Shown here: positions 27,523-35,988 of the stretch, piece by piece
Layout: every line of letters starts with the position of its first letter
Numbering within the stretch: position 1 is the first letter of the stretch
Assembly (NCBI GenBank): GCA_049323575.1
Contig: JBMOPM010000173.1
Location: forward strand, 9,111-51,038
Source of the DNA: Gemmatimonadota bacterium
Lineage (GTDB): Bacteria > Gemmatimonadota > Gemmatimonadetes > Gemmatimonadales > GWC2-71-9
Reading direction: 5' to 3'
DNA: 41,928 nt
Position numbers and translations under genes: made by a program
Notes under the pieces: generated by a model
The model's input: only the letters and a program-made list of their open reading frames with translations
Database searches by the model: none
Told to the model about the DNA's origin: nothing

Positions 27523-28014
27523 TCACCCGCACCCGTTGAGGGTGACCATCACCTTCGCATATCCCGCCCACACCTGCCCATCGCTGGTCTCGGCGATAGC
27601 GCGCACCCACGTCGTGCGCTTCATCTTGATCCGGGTCTGGATCGCCACTTCGCCGATCGCGGGGGTGAGTTCGAACGCGGCCAGGTGCGGATCGGGATTG
27701 TGATCGACGATCAGGTGGACGCCCTTGACGTAACTGGCCTCCGTCATGGGAAGGTCGCTCTCGATCATCACCGGCACCACGCGCCCGTCCTCCGCCACGG
27801 CCGGCATGTCGAGGTCCACGTGGCCGCGGCGGATCGGCCGGTCCCCGAAGAGATCGTGCAGGAGCTTGCGGATTTCGTCGTTCGGGATCTCGGGTTCGTC
27901 GGGCTCCGACGCCGCAACGGGTCGGATCCCGGCGCCGCCCAGGGTCAGAAGACCGAGGGCCGTGACGGAGGCCTGCAGAAAGCGACGGCGGGAGGGATCA
28001 GCCATCGGAATCAT
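27523..28014 (-). CDS. soxY: Sulfur-carrier protein SoxY (Tat signal, C-terminal Cys swinging arm)
   Basis: Tat motif SRRRFLQAS. The C-terminus VTLNGCG is a variant of the GGCGG carrier motif. 163 aa. Confidence 0.85.
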   Translation of the reverse strand: MIPMADPSRRRFLQASVTALGLLTLGGAGIRPVAASEPDEPEIPNDEIRKLLHDLFGDRPIRRGHVDLDMPAVAEDGRVVPVMIESDLPMTEASYVKGVHLIVDHNPDPHLAAFELTPAIGEVAIQTRIKMKRTTWVRAIAETSDGQVWAGYAKVMVTLNGCG

Positions 28015-28033
28015 GGATTGCTCCCTGCTGAGA

Positions 28034-28438
28034 TCAGCGCGACAGCAACAAGCGATACTCGCTCACATCCTGCGCCGCGTACGTTCCCTTCGCGGCCGCC
28101 TGCTCCACCGACGCACCGTACCGCGAGGCCTGGCTGATGTCCGGCACGTACACCCGGGCGATCGGACCGGCGGTCACCACCGGACCGGTCACGATCGCGC
28201 GGAACGTCGTGCCGGTGATGCGCGATACGTACCCCCGGTACGCCGGAGACACAACGACGGAATCGATCGGGCCGCCATCCACCTGAATCATGACGGCGCC
28301 GTCGTTGCCGTTGGGGGATTGGAAGTTGACCGTCAGCACACCGGGCACGTTCGGGCTGACGCCGCCGCCCCCGCTGTCGCCACAGCCCGCGAGCGCCGCC
28401 ACGACGGCGACGAATCCGCAGACGACTGCTCGCCTCAT
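28034..28438 (-). CDS. Hypothetical lipoprotein
   Basis: 134 aa. MRRAVVCGFVAVVAALAGCGDSGGGG is a clear lipobox. The start overlaps the stop of the M6 protease gene (ATGA). No recognisable family. Confidence 0.5.
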   Translation of the reverse strand: MRRAVVCGFVAVVAALAGCGDSGGGGVSPNVPGVLTVNFQSPNGNDGAVMIQVDGGPIDSVVVSPAYRGYVSRITGTTFRAIVTGPVVTAGPIARVYVPDISQASRYGASVEQAAAKGTYAAQDVSEYRLLLSR

Positions 28439-30801
28439 CGTTGCGCCTCCGGGGGCTTGCCCTTCGCCGGTTTGCCGAAGGTCGGGCTGCTGAGTGCCTT
28501 GGCCATCACCTCCGGCGAGGGCGTGACGCCGTTCCGATCGAGATAGGCCAGGAAATCACCAAGGTCATACACGCCGTTCCGGTTGCCGGTGAGATCCAGG
28601 AACGTACGCTGGGCCGGCGTCAGCACCGGGTTGCCGAGGATATCCGCGACGACGTCGCTCTGGACGAGCTGCACCTCCGGCGTGAACCCGGCCGTCACCG
28701 CGAATGGGCGATTCATCCTGAGCACCAGCGTGGTCGAGAAGCTGGTGGTGTCGCCCCGCCATCCGGTGAAGATCTGTCCGCTGGGGACCGTGGCCGTGAG
28801 CGTCACCTGCGTCCCCTCGGCGAGGAAGATGCCGCCCCCCAGGTTACCCGCCACGCTCGCCCCGATGGTCCCGTTCCCGAACTCGATCGTGGCCATGAGC
28901 TGGTGCTCGACCGCGAGGACCGCGGTGAGCGTATCGCCCGTCGGCCGCACGGCGAACGTCTGCGCCCTGGGCCCGCCATTGCTCCACGAGAGGAACCGCC
29001 CCCGCGAGCGGCCGTCGGTCGAGAGCTGGATCGAGTCCACCGCCACGGTCACCTGATCGCCCGGAGCGAGTACGTCGTCATAGCGCTGGTAGGCCTGGCC
29101 GTTCACCTTGACGAAGAACCCCGGCTGCGTGGTCGCGAACACCGAACGCGGTGCCCGGACGAAGCGGAAGCGGATCACGCTGTCGGGGAGCTGGGCGATC
29201 TGGTCGATGGCGAAGCCGGCGAACACGCCGGCGTTGTCGACCGGGCTGGGATTGGTCATCGCCGAGAGCCGGGTGTTGCCGGTGGCACCGGGGAACGGAT
29301 CCCCGGTGTCGCCGCGGTTGCGGCTGCCCGGCGTGCGCAGCTGGTTCAGGCCGTCCGCCTGCAGCAGGGCGACGCCCTGATTCTGGCCCGTGTTCACCCG
29401 GTTGTTCCTGAGGCCGGCCGCCACCCGATCGGCGTCGATACGCCATACGAGGAGGCCCGGCGCCTTGCGCCGCCAGGTGGTGCCAGCACCGCCGCGGGTG
29501 AGCATCACCGAGTCGCTCTCGAGCGCCTGCCGGTTCTCCAGGAGGTAGTAGATGTTGGCCGAGCCGGACGGACGGTGGTAGAAGATGGTATCCGATACCT
29601 GCACTGGGCCGGTGGTCACCACGCGGGTGCTGACCAGGGTGTCGACCACCCCCCAGCCCAGCTCGAGCAGCGACCACGCGTCGTAGCTCGCGGGGCTGAA
29701 CGGCGCCGAATAGTTGCCGCTGCCCATCAGGCCCCACTCGCCGATCCCCTCGGTGCCGGAGGTGGAGGCATCGGTGTCGTAGAGGTCCGGCAGGCCGAAC
29801 GCATGGCCGGTCTCGTGGGCCACGGTGCCGATCGGCATGATGAAGTTGCCGTCGCAGGCGTTCGCGCCGCCCACCGCGCTCTGGATGGTGTAGTCGTTGA
29901 CGGTGATGTACTGCTGTCCCCGGGCGGCGGCAGCAGCGCTGTTGCTGCGCGTCTTGGTGACGAACGGCGAGCCGTTGTTCCAGCCCGCGATGACGAAGCG
30001 GTGGGCCCAGATGCCGTTCGTGCGGCAGGCCCCGTCCACCTTGGGCTGCAGGAAGGTGACGAAGTCCACCACCCCGTCATCATCGGCCGAGTTGGGAATG
30101 CCATCGGGCCCGTCGTTGTCATACTGCGCCCAGACGGTTGCGGAATCGGGCCCGTTCGAGACCTTGGTCAGGACCTCGATCAGCAGCGACCCGAAGCGCC
30201 GGCCGCCATCCGCGCAGTGGATGACGCCGTTGCAGCCGTTCTCGTAGTACACCGAGGTCGTGTCCGCACGGGTCCAGGGGAAGACCCGACCCTGCAGGGT
30301 AATCGACCCGCGGGAGAGCTTCTCGTAGTACGTCTTCAGGCTGTAGGGACGCGGGTTCTGGGGCGGACCCGAGGGCGTCGGCGTGAAGAACAGCTCCTGG
30401 TAATCCTCCACCGGATAGGGCGGCGGCACGTCCGTGAAGGCAATCGGCAACACCGGCACGAAGTACGTGCCGGTCACCCGCTTGGCGCCCGGGATGCTTG
30501 GTGCGCCCAGCGCCGAGGGGGCGAGTCGCACCGGCCCGCCCGTCAGCCCCGCATTGAGGGTGCGCACGTCGCCGGCCCGCAGCAACTCGCGGCGCTCGGC
30601 CCGGATCAGGCGGGTGCGTCGGCGCCAGGCCCCGTCGGGACTGAAGTCCATCCCCGGCAGCTCGAAGCGGCCGGGCACCGGCGTCCCGACGAAGCCCTGG
30701 GCCCGCGCCTCCGGGGTGACCCCGGCCACGAGCAGCAAGGCCAGAACCGAGGCGCCCATCCGGACCGGGGCGCGGCAGCGTGCTGGCGGGAATGGGAGCA
30801 T
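28435..30801 (-). CDS. Secreted M6-family (immune inhibitor A-like) zinc metalloprotease with C-terminal repeat domains
   Basis: 788 aa. Signal peptide, then zinc site TVAHETGHAFGLPDLYD (HExxH followed by LPDLYD). The C-terminal third has two repeat units containing F(L/T)(S/G)W..G, resembling bacterial repeat domains. The alternative start at 30759 is not excluded. Confidence 0.75.
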   Translation of the reverse strand: MLPFPPARCRAPVRMGASVLALLLVAGVTPEARAQGFVGTPVPGRFELPGMDFSPDGAWRRRTRLIRAERRELLRAGDVRTLNAGLTGGPVRLAPSALGAPSIPGAKRVTGTYFVPVLPIAFTDVPPPYPVEDYQELFFTPTPSGPPQNPRPYSLKTYYEKLSRGSITLQGRVFPWTRADTTSVYYENGCNGVIHCADGGRRFGSLLIEVLTKVSNGPDSATVWAQYDNDGPDGIPNSADDDGVVDFVTFLQPKVDGACRTNGIWAHRFVIAGWNNGSPFVTKTRSNSAAAAARGQQYITVNDYTIQSAVGGANACDGNFIMPIGTVAHETGHAFGLPDLYDTDASTSGTEGIGEWGLMGSGNYSAPFSPASYDAWSLLELGWGVVDTLVSTRVVTTGPVQVSDTIFYHRPSGSANIYYLLENRQALESDSVMLTRGGAGTTWRRKAPGLLVWRIDADRVAAGLRNNRVNTGQNQGVALLQADGLNQLRTPGSRNRGDTGDPFPGATGNTRLSAMTNPSPVDNAGVFAGFAIDQIAQLPDSVIRFRFVRAPRSVFATTQPGFFVKVNGQAYQRYDDVLAPGDQVTVAVDSIQLSTDGRSRGRFLSWSNGGPRAQTFAVRPTGDTLTAVLAVEHQLMATIEFGNGTIGASVAGNLGGGIFLAEGTQVTLTATVPSGQIFTGWRGDTTSFSTTLVLRMNRPFAVTAGFTPEVQLVQSDVVADILGNPVLTPAQRTFLDLTGNRNGVYDLGDFLAYLDRNGVTPSPEVMAKALSSPTFGKPAKGKPPEAQR

Positions 30802-30930
30802 ATGGGGCAGAATCTAATGCGCTGGGGGCCCGGGCGCGGGAGACCAGCGGAATCAATACGCAGTAACAGACCTGCAGCATACCGCCGGCCGCGGCGACCC
30901 GCGACCGTGCTTGTGGACTGCGCGCCGCAT

Positions 30931-30995
30931 CGCTAGGTTAAGCTCTTCTGTCATATGGCGATGAGCGTATCTGGACGCCGCCCGGACACCTAGCG
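30931..30995. repeat. 8-bp inverted repeat flanking an AT-richer segment upstream of the spt-like gene
   Basis: CGCTAGGT (30931-30938) pairs with ACCTAGCG (30988-30995) across a 49-nt spacer. CGCATCG occurs next to both arms. The second arm ends 13 nt before the GTG start at 31008. Confidence 0.3.
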
Positions 30996-31007
30996 CATCG
31001 AGGGCAC

Positions 31008-32213
31008 GTGGACACCCAGACCCTGCAACAGGTCGCACTCTTCGAGAAGTGCCGCCAGTTCACCAAGGCGCGTGAGGTTCAGGCCGCTGGGCTGTACCCC
31101 TATTTCAAGCCGATCTCCGAGTCCGAGGACACGGTCGTCGTCATCGAGGGGAAGAAGCGGATCATGCTGGGGTCGAACAATTACCTCGGCCTGACCCATC
31201 ACCCCAAGGTGCTCGAGGCCGCGGGCCGTGCCCTGCATCGCTACGGCTCGGGATGCACCGGCAGCCGGTTCCTGAACGGCTCGCTCGACCTGCACGAACA
31301 GCTCGAACACGCCCTCGCGACCTTCCTCGGCAAGGAAGACGTCATCGTCTTCTCCACCGGGTATTCCGCCAACCTGGGTCTCATTTCCGGCCTGCTGGGC
31401 CGCGGGGAGACGGTCTACCTCGACAAGCTGGACCACGCCTGCATCGTCGACGGCGCCAAGCTCTCCTTCGGCGAGACGGTCCGCTTCAATCACGGCGACT
31501 ACGCCCAGCTCGAGCGCATGCTGGAGCGCAACCGCACCGGCCGCGGCACCATGGTCGTGGTGGACGGCGTGTACTCCATGGAGGGCGACATCGCCGACAT
31601 CCCGGCGCTCGCGCGCATCTGCCGCAAGTACGGCACCGCCCTCGTGGTGGACGACGCGCATGCCCTCGGCGTGATCGGGCCCAAGGGCGACGGCACGGGC
31701 GCCCACTTCGGCATGCAGGACGACGTCGACATCATCGCCGGCACCTTCTCCAAGTCCCTGGCGTCCATCGGCGGCTTCGTGGCCGCGAGCGAGAGCGTGA
31801 CCCACTACCTGCGCCATCACAGCCGGCCGTTCATCTTCACGGCCGCGCTGCCACCGGCCAACACCGCGGGCGTCCTCGCCGCGCTGGAGCTGGTCCGCAC
31901 GGAGCCGGAGCGCCGCGACCGGCTCTGGGCGAACGCCCGGCGCCTGCAGGAAGGCTTCCGCTCGCTGGGCTTCGACATCGGGTCCACGCAGACGCCGATC
32001 GTGCCCGTACTCATCGGCCCGCTGGAGAAGACGTTCCTGATGTGGCGCAAGCTGTTCGACGCCGGCGTCTTCACCAACCCCGTGGCGCCACCCGCCGTGC
32101 CGCCCTCGCAGTGCCGGCTCCGCACCAGCGTCATGGCCACGCACACGTTCGACCAGATCGACTTCTGCCTCGAGGCGTTCGCCCGGATCGGGCGCGAGCT
32201 GGGGGTCATCTGA
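31008..32213 (+). CDS. spt: Alpha-oxoamine synthase, serine palmitoyltransferase-like
   Basis: 401 aa, GTG start. GLYPYFKPI...IMLGSNNYLGLTHHP...YGSGCTGSRFLNGS...VFSTGYSANLG...DDAHALG...FSKSLASIGGF (PLP Lys). The GSRFLNG and YPYF features resemble bacterial SPT more than BioF or KBL, judged from memory. Confidence 0.75.
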   Translation: MDTQTLQQVALFEKCRQFTKAREVQAAGLYPYFKPISESEDTVVVIEGKKRIMLGSNNYLGLTHHPKVLEAAGRALHRYGSGCTGSRFLNGSLDLHEQLEHALATFLGKEDVIVFSTGYSANLGLISGLLGRGETVYLDKLDHACIVDGAKLSFGETVRFNHGDYAQLERMLERNRTGRGTMVVVDGVYSMEGDIADIPALARICRKYGTALVVDDAHALGVIGPKGDGTGAHFGMQDDVDIIAGTFSKSLASIGGFVAASESVTHYLRHHSRPFIFTAALPPANTAGVLAALELVRTEPERRDRLWANARRLQEGFRSLGFDIGSTQTPIVPVLIGPLEKTFLMWRKLFDAGVFTNPVAPPAVPPSQCRLRTSVMATHTFDQIDFCLEAFARIGRELGVI

Positions 32214-33346
32214 GCGGACCGGTCACGGTCCGCCAGGTCGCGAGCGGTCGAGACCTCCGGCGCTTCATCGACTTCCCATACAGACTCCACGCGCGGGACC
32301 CGCTCTGGGTCCCGCCGTTGCGTCAGGACGTGGCGTTCCTGCTGGACCGCGCCCGGAACCCGTTCTTCGAGCACGGCGAGGCCGAGTACTTCCTGGCCGA
32401 ACGGAACGGCGCGGTGGTGGGTCGCATCGCCGCGATCATCAACCGGCTGCACAACGAGACCCACCACGACAAGGTGGGCTTCTTCGGCTTCTTCGAGTCG
32501 ATCGACGATCAGGCCGTGGCCTCCGCTCTGCTCGACCAGGCCGCGGCGTGGCTCAAGGCCCGGGGCTTCGACACCATCCGCGGCCCCGCCTCCTTCTCGG
32601 TCAACGACGAGTGCGGCCTGCTGGTAGACGGCTTCGACACGCCGCCCACGGTCATGATGCCGCACAACCCGCGCTATTACGTAAGCCTCATCGAGCGCGC
32701 GGGCTTCAGCAGCGCCAGGAACCTGCTGGTCTACGAGGGCGGCACGCCGGAGCGCTTCACCCCCGTTCCCGAACGGCTGGCACGCGGGACCGAGCTGATC
32801 CGCCAGCGGCAGGGCATCACCCTGCGGCCGCTCGAGCTGGGGCGGCTGGACGCCGAGATCGAGACGATCAAGGAGATCTACAACGAGGCGTGGGAAGCCA
32901 ACTGGGGCTTCGTCCCCATGACCGACAAGGAGATCGACCACCTGGCCAGGGCCTTCCGGCCGATCGTGGTCCCCGAGCTCGTGCCCTTCGCCGAGAAGGA
33001 CGGCAAGGCCATCGCCTTCGGGATCGCGATTCCCGACATCAATGTGGTGCTCCGGAAGAACCGCAACGGCCGCCTGCTGCCGGCCGCGCTCGAGCTGCTC
33101 TGGAAGATCCGGACGCGTCGCATCACCCGTTGCCGCATCCTGCTCCTCGGCATCCGGCCCGAGTGGCGCAACCGCGGCGTGGACGCGATGCTGTATCACT
33201 GGATCTGGACCCGGGGCGGCGAGCTGGGTTACCGCTGGGGCGAGGCCGGCTGGATCCTCGAGGACAACGTGGCGATGAACGCCGCGCTCGAGAAGATGAC
33301 CTTCCGCGTCTACAAGACCTATCGCCTCTACGACCGGCCGCTATGA
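32210..33346 (+). CDS. GNAT-fold acyltransferase-like protein (candidate bacterial ceramide synthase by context)
   Basis: Conserved-looking N-terminus VRQVASGRDLRRFIDFPYRLHARDPLWVPPL, then GRIAAIIN...FGFFE...RGPASFSVNDECGLLVDGFDTPP..MMPHNPRYY. There is no ATG/GTG/TTG between 32111 and 32318 in this frame. I placed the start provisionally at the CTG at 32210, inside the CTGA overlap with the spt stop. Confidence 0.6.
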   Translation: MSGPVTVRQVASGRDLRRFIDFPYRLHARDPLWVPPLRQDVAFLLDRARNPFFEHGEAEYFLAERNGAVVGRIAAIINRLHNETHHDKVGFFGFFESIDDQAVASALLDQAAAWLKARGFDTIRGPASFSVNDECGLLVDGFDTPPTVMMPHNPRYYVSLIERAGFSSARNLLVYEGGTPERFTPVPERLARGTELIRQRQGITLRPLELGRLDAEIETIKEIYNEAWEANWGFVPMTDKEIDHLARAFRPIVVPELVPFAEKDGKAIAFGIAIPDINVVLRKNRNGRLLPAALELLWKIRTRRITRCRILLLGIRPEWRNRGVDAMLYHWIWTRGGELGYRWGEAGWILEDNVAMNAALEKMTFRVYKTYRLYDRPL

Positions 33347-34317
33347 GGGCGCTGGTGACCGGGGCCACCGGCTTCGTGGGTGGCCATCTCGTCCGGCGGC
33401 TCCACGCGACCGGCCATGAAATCACCGCCCTGGTTCGTTCACCCACCAGGGCGGCGGCGCTCGCACCGTTCGGCGTCCGGCTGGTGCGGGGCGACCTGGC
33501 CGATGCCGCCGCGCTCCGCGAAGCAGTCACCGGGCAGGATGTAGTGTTCCACGTGGCGGGCGTCGTGGCCGCGCCGAACGAGGCCGAGTTCCTGCGCATC
33601 AACCGCGAGGGGACCGCGGCAGTGCTCGACGCGGCCGCCCGCGCGGGTGCACCGCGGTTTGTCCTCGTCTCCTCGATGGCGGCCGCCGGCCCGAGCCCGA
33701 GAGGCAGACCGCGCGCGGCGTCGATGCCGATGGAGCCCCTCACCGCCTACGGCCGCAGCAAGCGCGCCGCCGAGGAGCTGGTGCGGTCGAGCCATCTGGC
33801 CTGGACGATCATCCGCCCGCCGATGGTCTATGGCCCCGGCGATCGCGAGGTGTTCAAGATCTTCCAGCTCGCCGCGCGGGCCCTCGGTCTCGTGCCGGTC
33901 TTCGGTGACGGCTCGCAGGAGCTGTCCGCCGTCTACGGCCCCGACCTGGCTGCCGCGCTCGTCGCCGCGGCCGAGAGCGAGGCGACGGTGGGCGGGACCT
34001 ACTATGCCTGTCACCCGGAGATCTTCACCTCGGGCGAGTTCGCGGCGCATGTAGCGCGCGCCGTCGGGCGGCATCCGCGCCTCATCCCCATCCCGAGGCC
34101 CATCGGACGAGCAGTACTCGCGCTCACCGGGCTTGCCGCCGCGCTGGCCGACACGGCCACCGTACTCAACGCGGACAAGGCCCATGAGTTCTTCGCTCCG
34201 GCCTGGACCGGCGACCCGGCCCCGCTGGAGCAGGCCACCGGCTGGCGCGCGGCCACCGGCATCGCCGAAGGCATCCCGGCCACCGCGCGCTGGTATCGGG
34301 AGCAGGGTTGGCTCTGA
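33343..34317 (+). CDS. NAD(P)-dependent epimerase/dehydratase-fold (extended SDR) reductase
   Basis: The ATG at 33343 overlaps the upstream stop (ATGA). MRALVTGATGFVGGHLV Rossmann motif and Y-x3-K as YGRSK. 324 aa. Confidence 0.8.
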   Translation: MRALVTGATGFVGGHLVRRLHATGHEITALVRSPTRAAALAPFGVRLVRGDLADAAALREAVTGQDVVFHVAGVVAAPNEAEFLRINREGTAAVLDAAARAGAPRFVLVSSMAAAGPSPRGRPRAASMPMEPLTAYGRSKRAAEELVRSSHLAWTIIRPPMVYGPGDREVFKIFQLAARALGLVPVFGDGSQELSAVYGPDLAAALVAAAESEATVGGTYYACHPEIFTSGEFAAHVARAVGRHPRLIPIPRPIGRAVLALTGLAAALADTATVLNADKAHEFFAPAWTGDPAPLEQATGWRAATGIAEGIPATARWYREQGWL

Positions 34318-35195
34318 CCGCGACATCGGGGACGCTCCGCCGGCTGCGCCTGTTCCCGCTCGACGTCCTGCTGCTGGCCTATCTGGCCCTCACGACTGCC
34401 GTGGCGGTGTCGCGCTGGTCGCTGTACCCGGACATGATCTGGGTGCTGGTGTCCAACGCACTCGCTGCCCTGCTCATCCTGCTGGTGCGGATGGCGCAGG
34501 CCCGCGGCAGCTCCGGCGCGTGGCTCGATGCCTACCCGCTCGCGCTCTTGATTCCGCTCTACGGCGCGATCGGCTTCCTCAACGGCAGCGGCGCGGCTCC
34601 CACGCACGATCTCACGATCCAGGCATGGGAGCAGGCCCTGTTCGGCGGGCAGCCTGCCCGCGACTGGTGGCGTGCCTATCCCAGCACGTTCTGGTCGCCC
34701 ATCCTCCACGCGGCCTATCTCGGCTACTACCTCATTCTCGTGGTGCCGACCGTCGTGTTTGCGGCGCGGGGTGACATCGCCTCGCTGCGCCGGTCGATGC
34801 TGTTCGTCATGGCGACGTTCGTGCCGTGCTACCTGGCCTTCATCTTCTTCCCCGTCGCCGGCCCGTACTACTCCTTCCCCCGGCCCGCCGGCCCGGTCGT
34901 CGACAACTGGCCGGCTCGTCTCCTGTACGCGGGCCTGCCGTCGGGCAGCGCGTTCGGGGCGGCGTTTCCCTCCTCGCACGTGGCGGCGTCGGTGGCGTCG
35001 ACGGCGGGCGCATGGCTGAGCTCGCGCCGGCTCGGAATCGTTCTGGCCATCCCGACCGTACTGCTGGTGGTGAGCGTGGTGTATTGTCAGATGCACTACG
35101 CGATCGACGCCCTCGCCGGGCTGGCGGTGGCGACGGTCGTGATCACCGTCGCATCCCGACATCTCGCGCGACGGAGCATCCAGCCGGCCCCATGA
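34308..35195 (+). CDS. PAP2-superfamily membrane enzyme (PAP2_3 / inositol-phosphorylceramide-synthase-like)
   Basis: The TTG at 34308 follows GGGAG. About 6 TM segments. The PAP2 C2/C3 motifs read FPSSHVAAS and QMHYAIDALAG, a form I recall from lipid phosphotransferases of the AUR1/SMS type rather than soluble phosphatases. Confidence 0.7.
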   Translation: MALTATSGTLRRLRLFPLDVLLLAYLALTTAVAVSRWSLYPDMIWVLVSNALAALLILLVRMAQARGSSGAWLDAYPLALLIPLYGAIGFLNGSGAAPTHDLTIQAWEQALFGGQPARDWWRAYPSTFWSPILHAAYLGYYLILVVPTVVFAARGDIASLRRSMLFVMATFVPCYLAFIFFPVAGPYYSFPRPAGPVVDNWPARLLYAGLPSGSAFGAAFPSSHVAASVASTAGAWLSSRRLGIVLAIPTVLLVVSVVYCQMHYAIDALAGLAVATVVITVASRHLARRSIQPAP

Positions 35196-35342
35196 CGATG
35201 TCCCAGCCGCCCGCGCTGCTCGCGCCGGCCGCTCGATGAAGGTGCTGTATGCGTCCTCCGGCAGGCCCCTCCCGGCTCGGCACCGATCGGTCCGGTCGTC
35301 GGCGCCGGCGGGTGGCCGCGCCGTTCCGACGAGGCGGGACCA

Positions 35343-35381
35343 CGAGAAAAGAATGAGCCCCCCGGCGATGCCGGAGGGCTC
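35343..35381 (-). terminator. Rho-independent terminator of the cupredoxin gene
   Basis: GC-rich hairpin GAGCCC-CCCGGC-GAT-GCCGGA-GGGCTC (35355-35381). On the minus strand it is followed by ATTCTTTTCTC. It lies 44 nt past the stop at 35425. Confidence 0.55.
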
Positions 35382-35424
35382 CTGGTCCGCGATCGACGTG
35401 CGTCCAGCCGTGTGCCGTTCGGGC

Positions 35425-35895
35425 TTACTGGACGGTGATCTTCCCGTGCATGCCCAGCGCCTGGTGGGGCAGGCAGAAGAACTTGTACTCACCGGCCGGC
35501 GCGCCGGCGAAGGAGACCTCATACACGGCGTTCGGCTCGGCGATGAGCGGACCGGCCACCGGGCCCATGCGATCCTTCATGTTGGCATCAAGCACCGCCG
35601 CCGCGCCGGCCGGGATGCTGTCCGCATAGAACTGCACGTTGTGCGGGCCGCCGCTCACGTTGTGAAAGCGGACCACATCGCCTGCCTTGATGGTCAGCTC
35701 GGCCGGCACATACTTGTAGGCCGTGCCCTCGAGGACCATGTTGACGTCGTGCGTGGTACCAGTCGCGGCCGGCGCGGGCGCGGCCGCGGGAGCCGCAGGC
35801 TTCGTGGTGTCGGCGGCCGCGGACTCCGCCTTCTTCTCACCACCACACGCCGCGAGGACGAGGGCCAGCCCCGCCACCAGGGAAGTCACACGCAT
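35425..35895 (-). CDS. Type-1 (blue) copper protein, plastocyanin/auracyanin-like lipoprotein
   Basis: The ATG at 35895 follows GGAGG. Lipobox LVLAACGG. Copper ligands are in GGPHNV and FFCLPHQALGMHGKITV (C-x2-H-x4-M). Confidence 0.8.
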   Translation of the reverse strand: MRVTSLVAGLALVLAACGGEKKAESAAADTTKPAAPAAAPAPAATGTTHDVNMVLEGTAYKYVPAELTIKAGDVVRFHNVSGGPHNVQFYADSIPAGAAAVLDANMKDRMGPVAGPLIAEPNAVYEVSFAGAPAGEYKFFCLPHQALGMHGKITVQ

Positions 35896-35972
35896 TGCTG
35901 TTCTGCCTCCAGTCACAGTGGACTAACGTTTTTTGCTCGGCCCTACGTGCACCAGGGTCACACGCCGAGCCT

Positions 35973-35988
35973 TGTGATCCCGTTCACG
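35973..35988. promoter_or_regulatory. CRP/FNR-family-like binding site
   Basis: TGTGAtcccgtTCACG matches TGTGA-N6-TCACA at 9 of 10 positions. It lies in the divergent intergenic region between the cupredoxin gene and the Cys-cluster gene. Confidence 0.3.
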
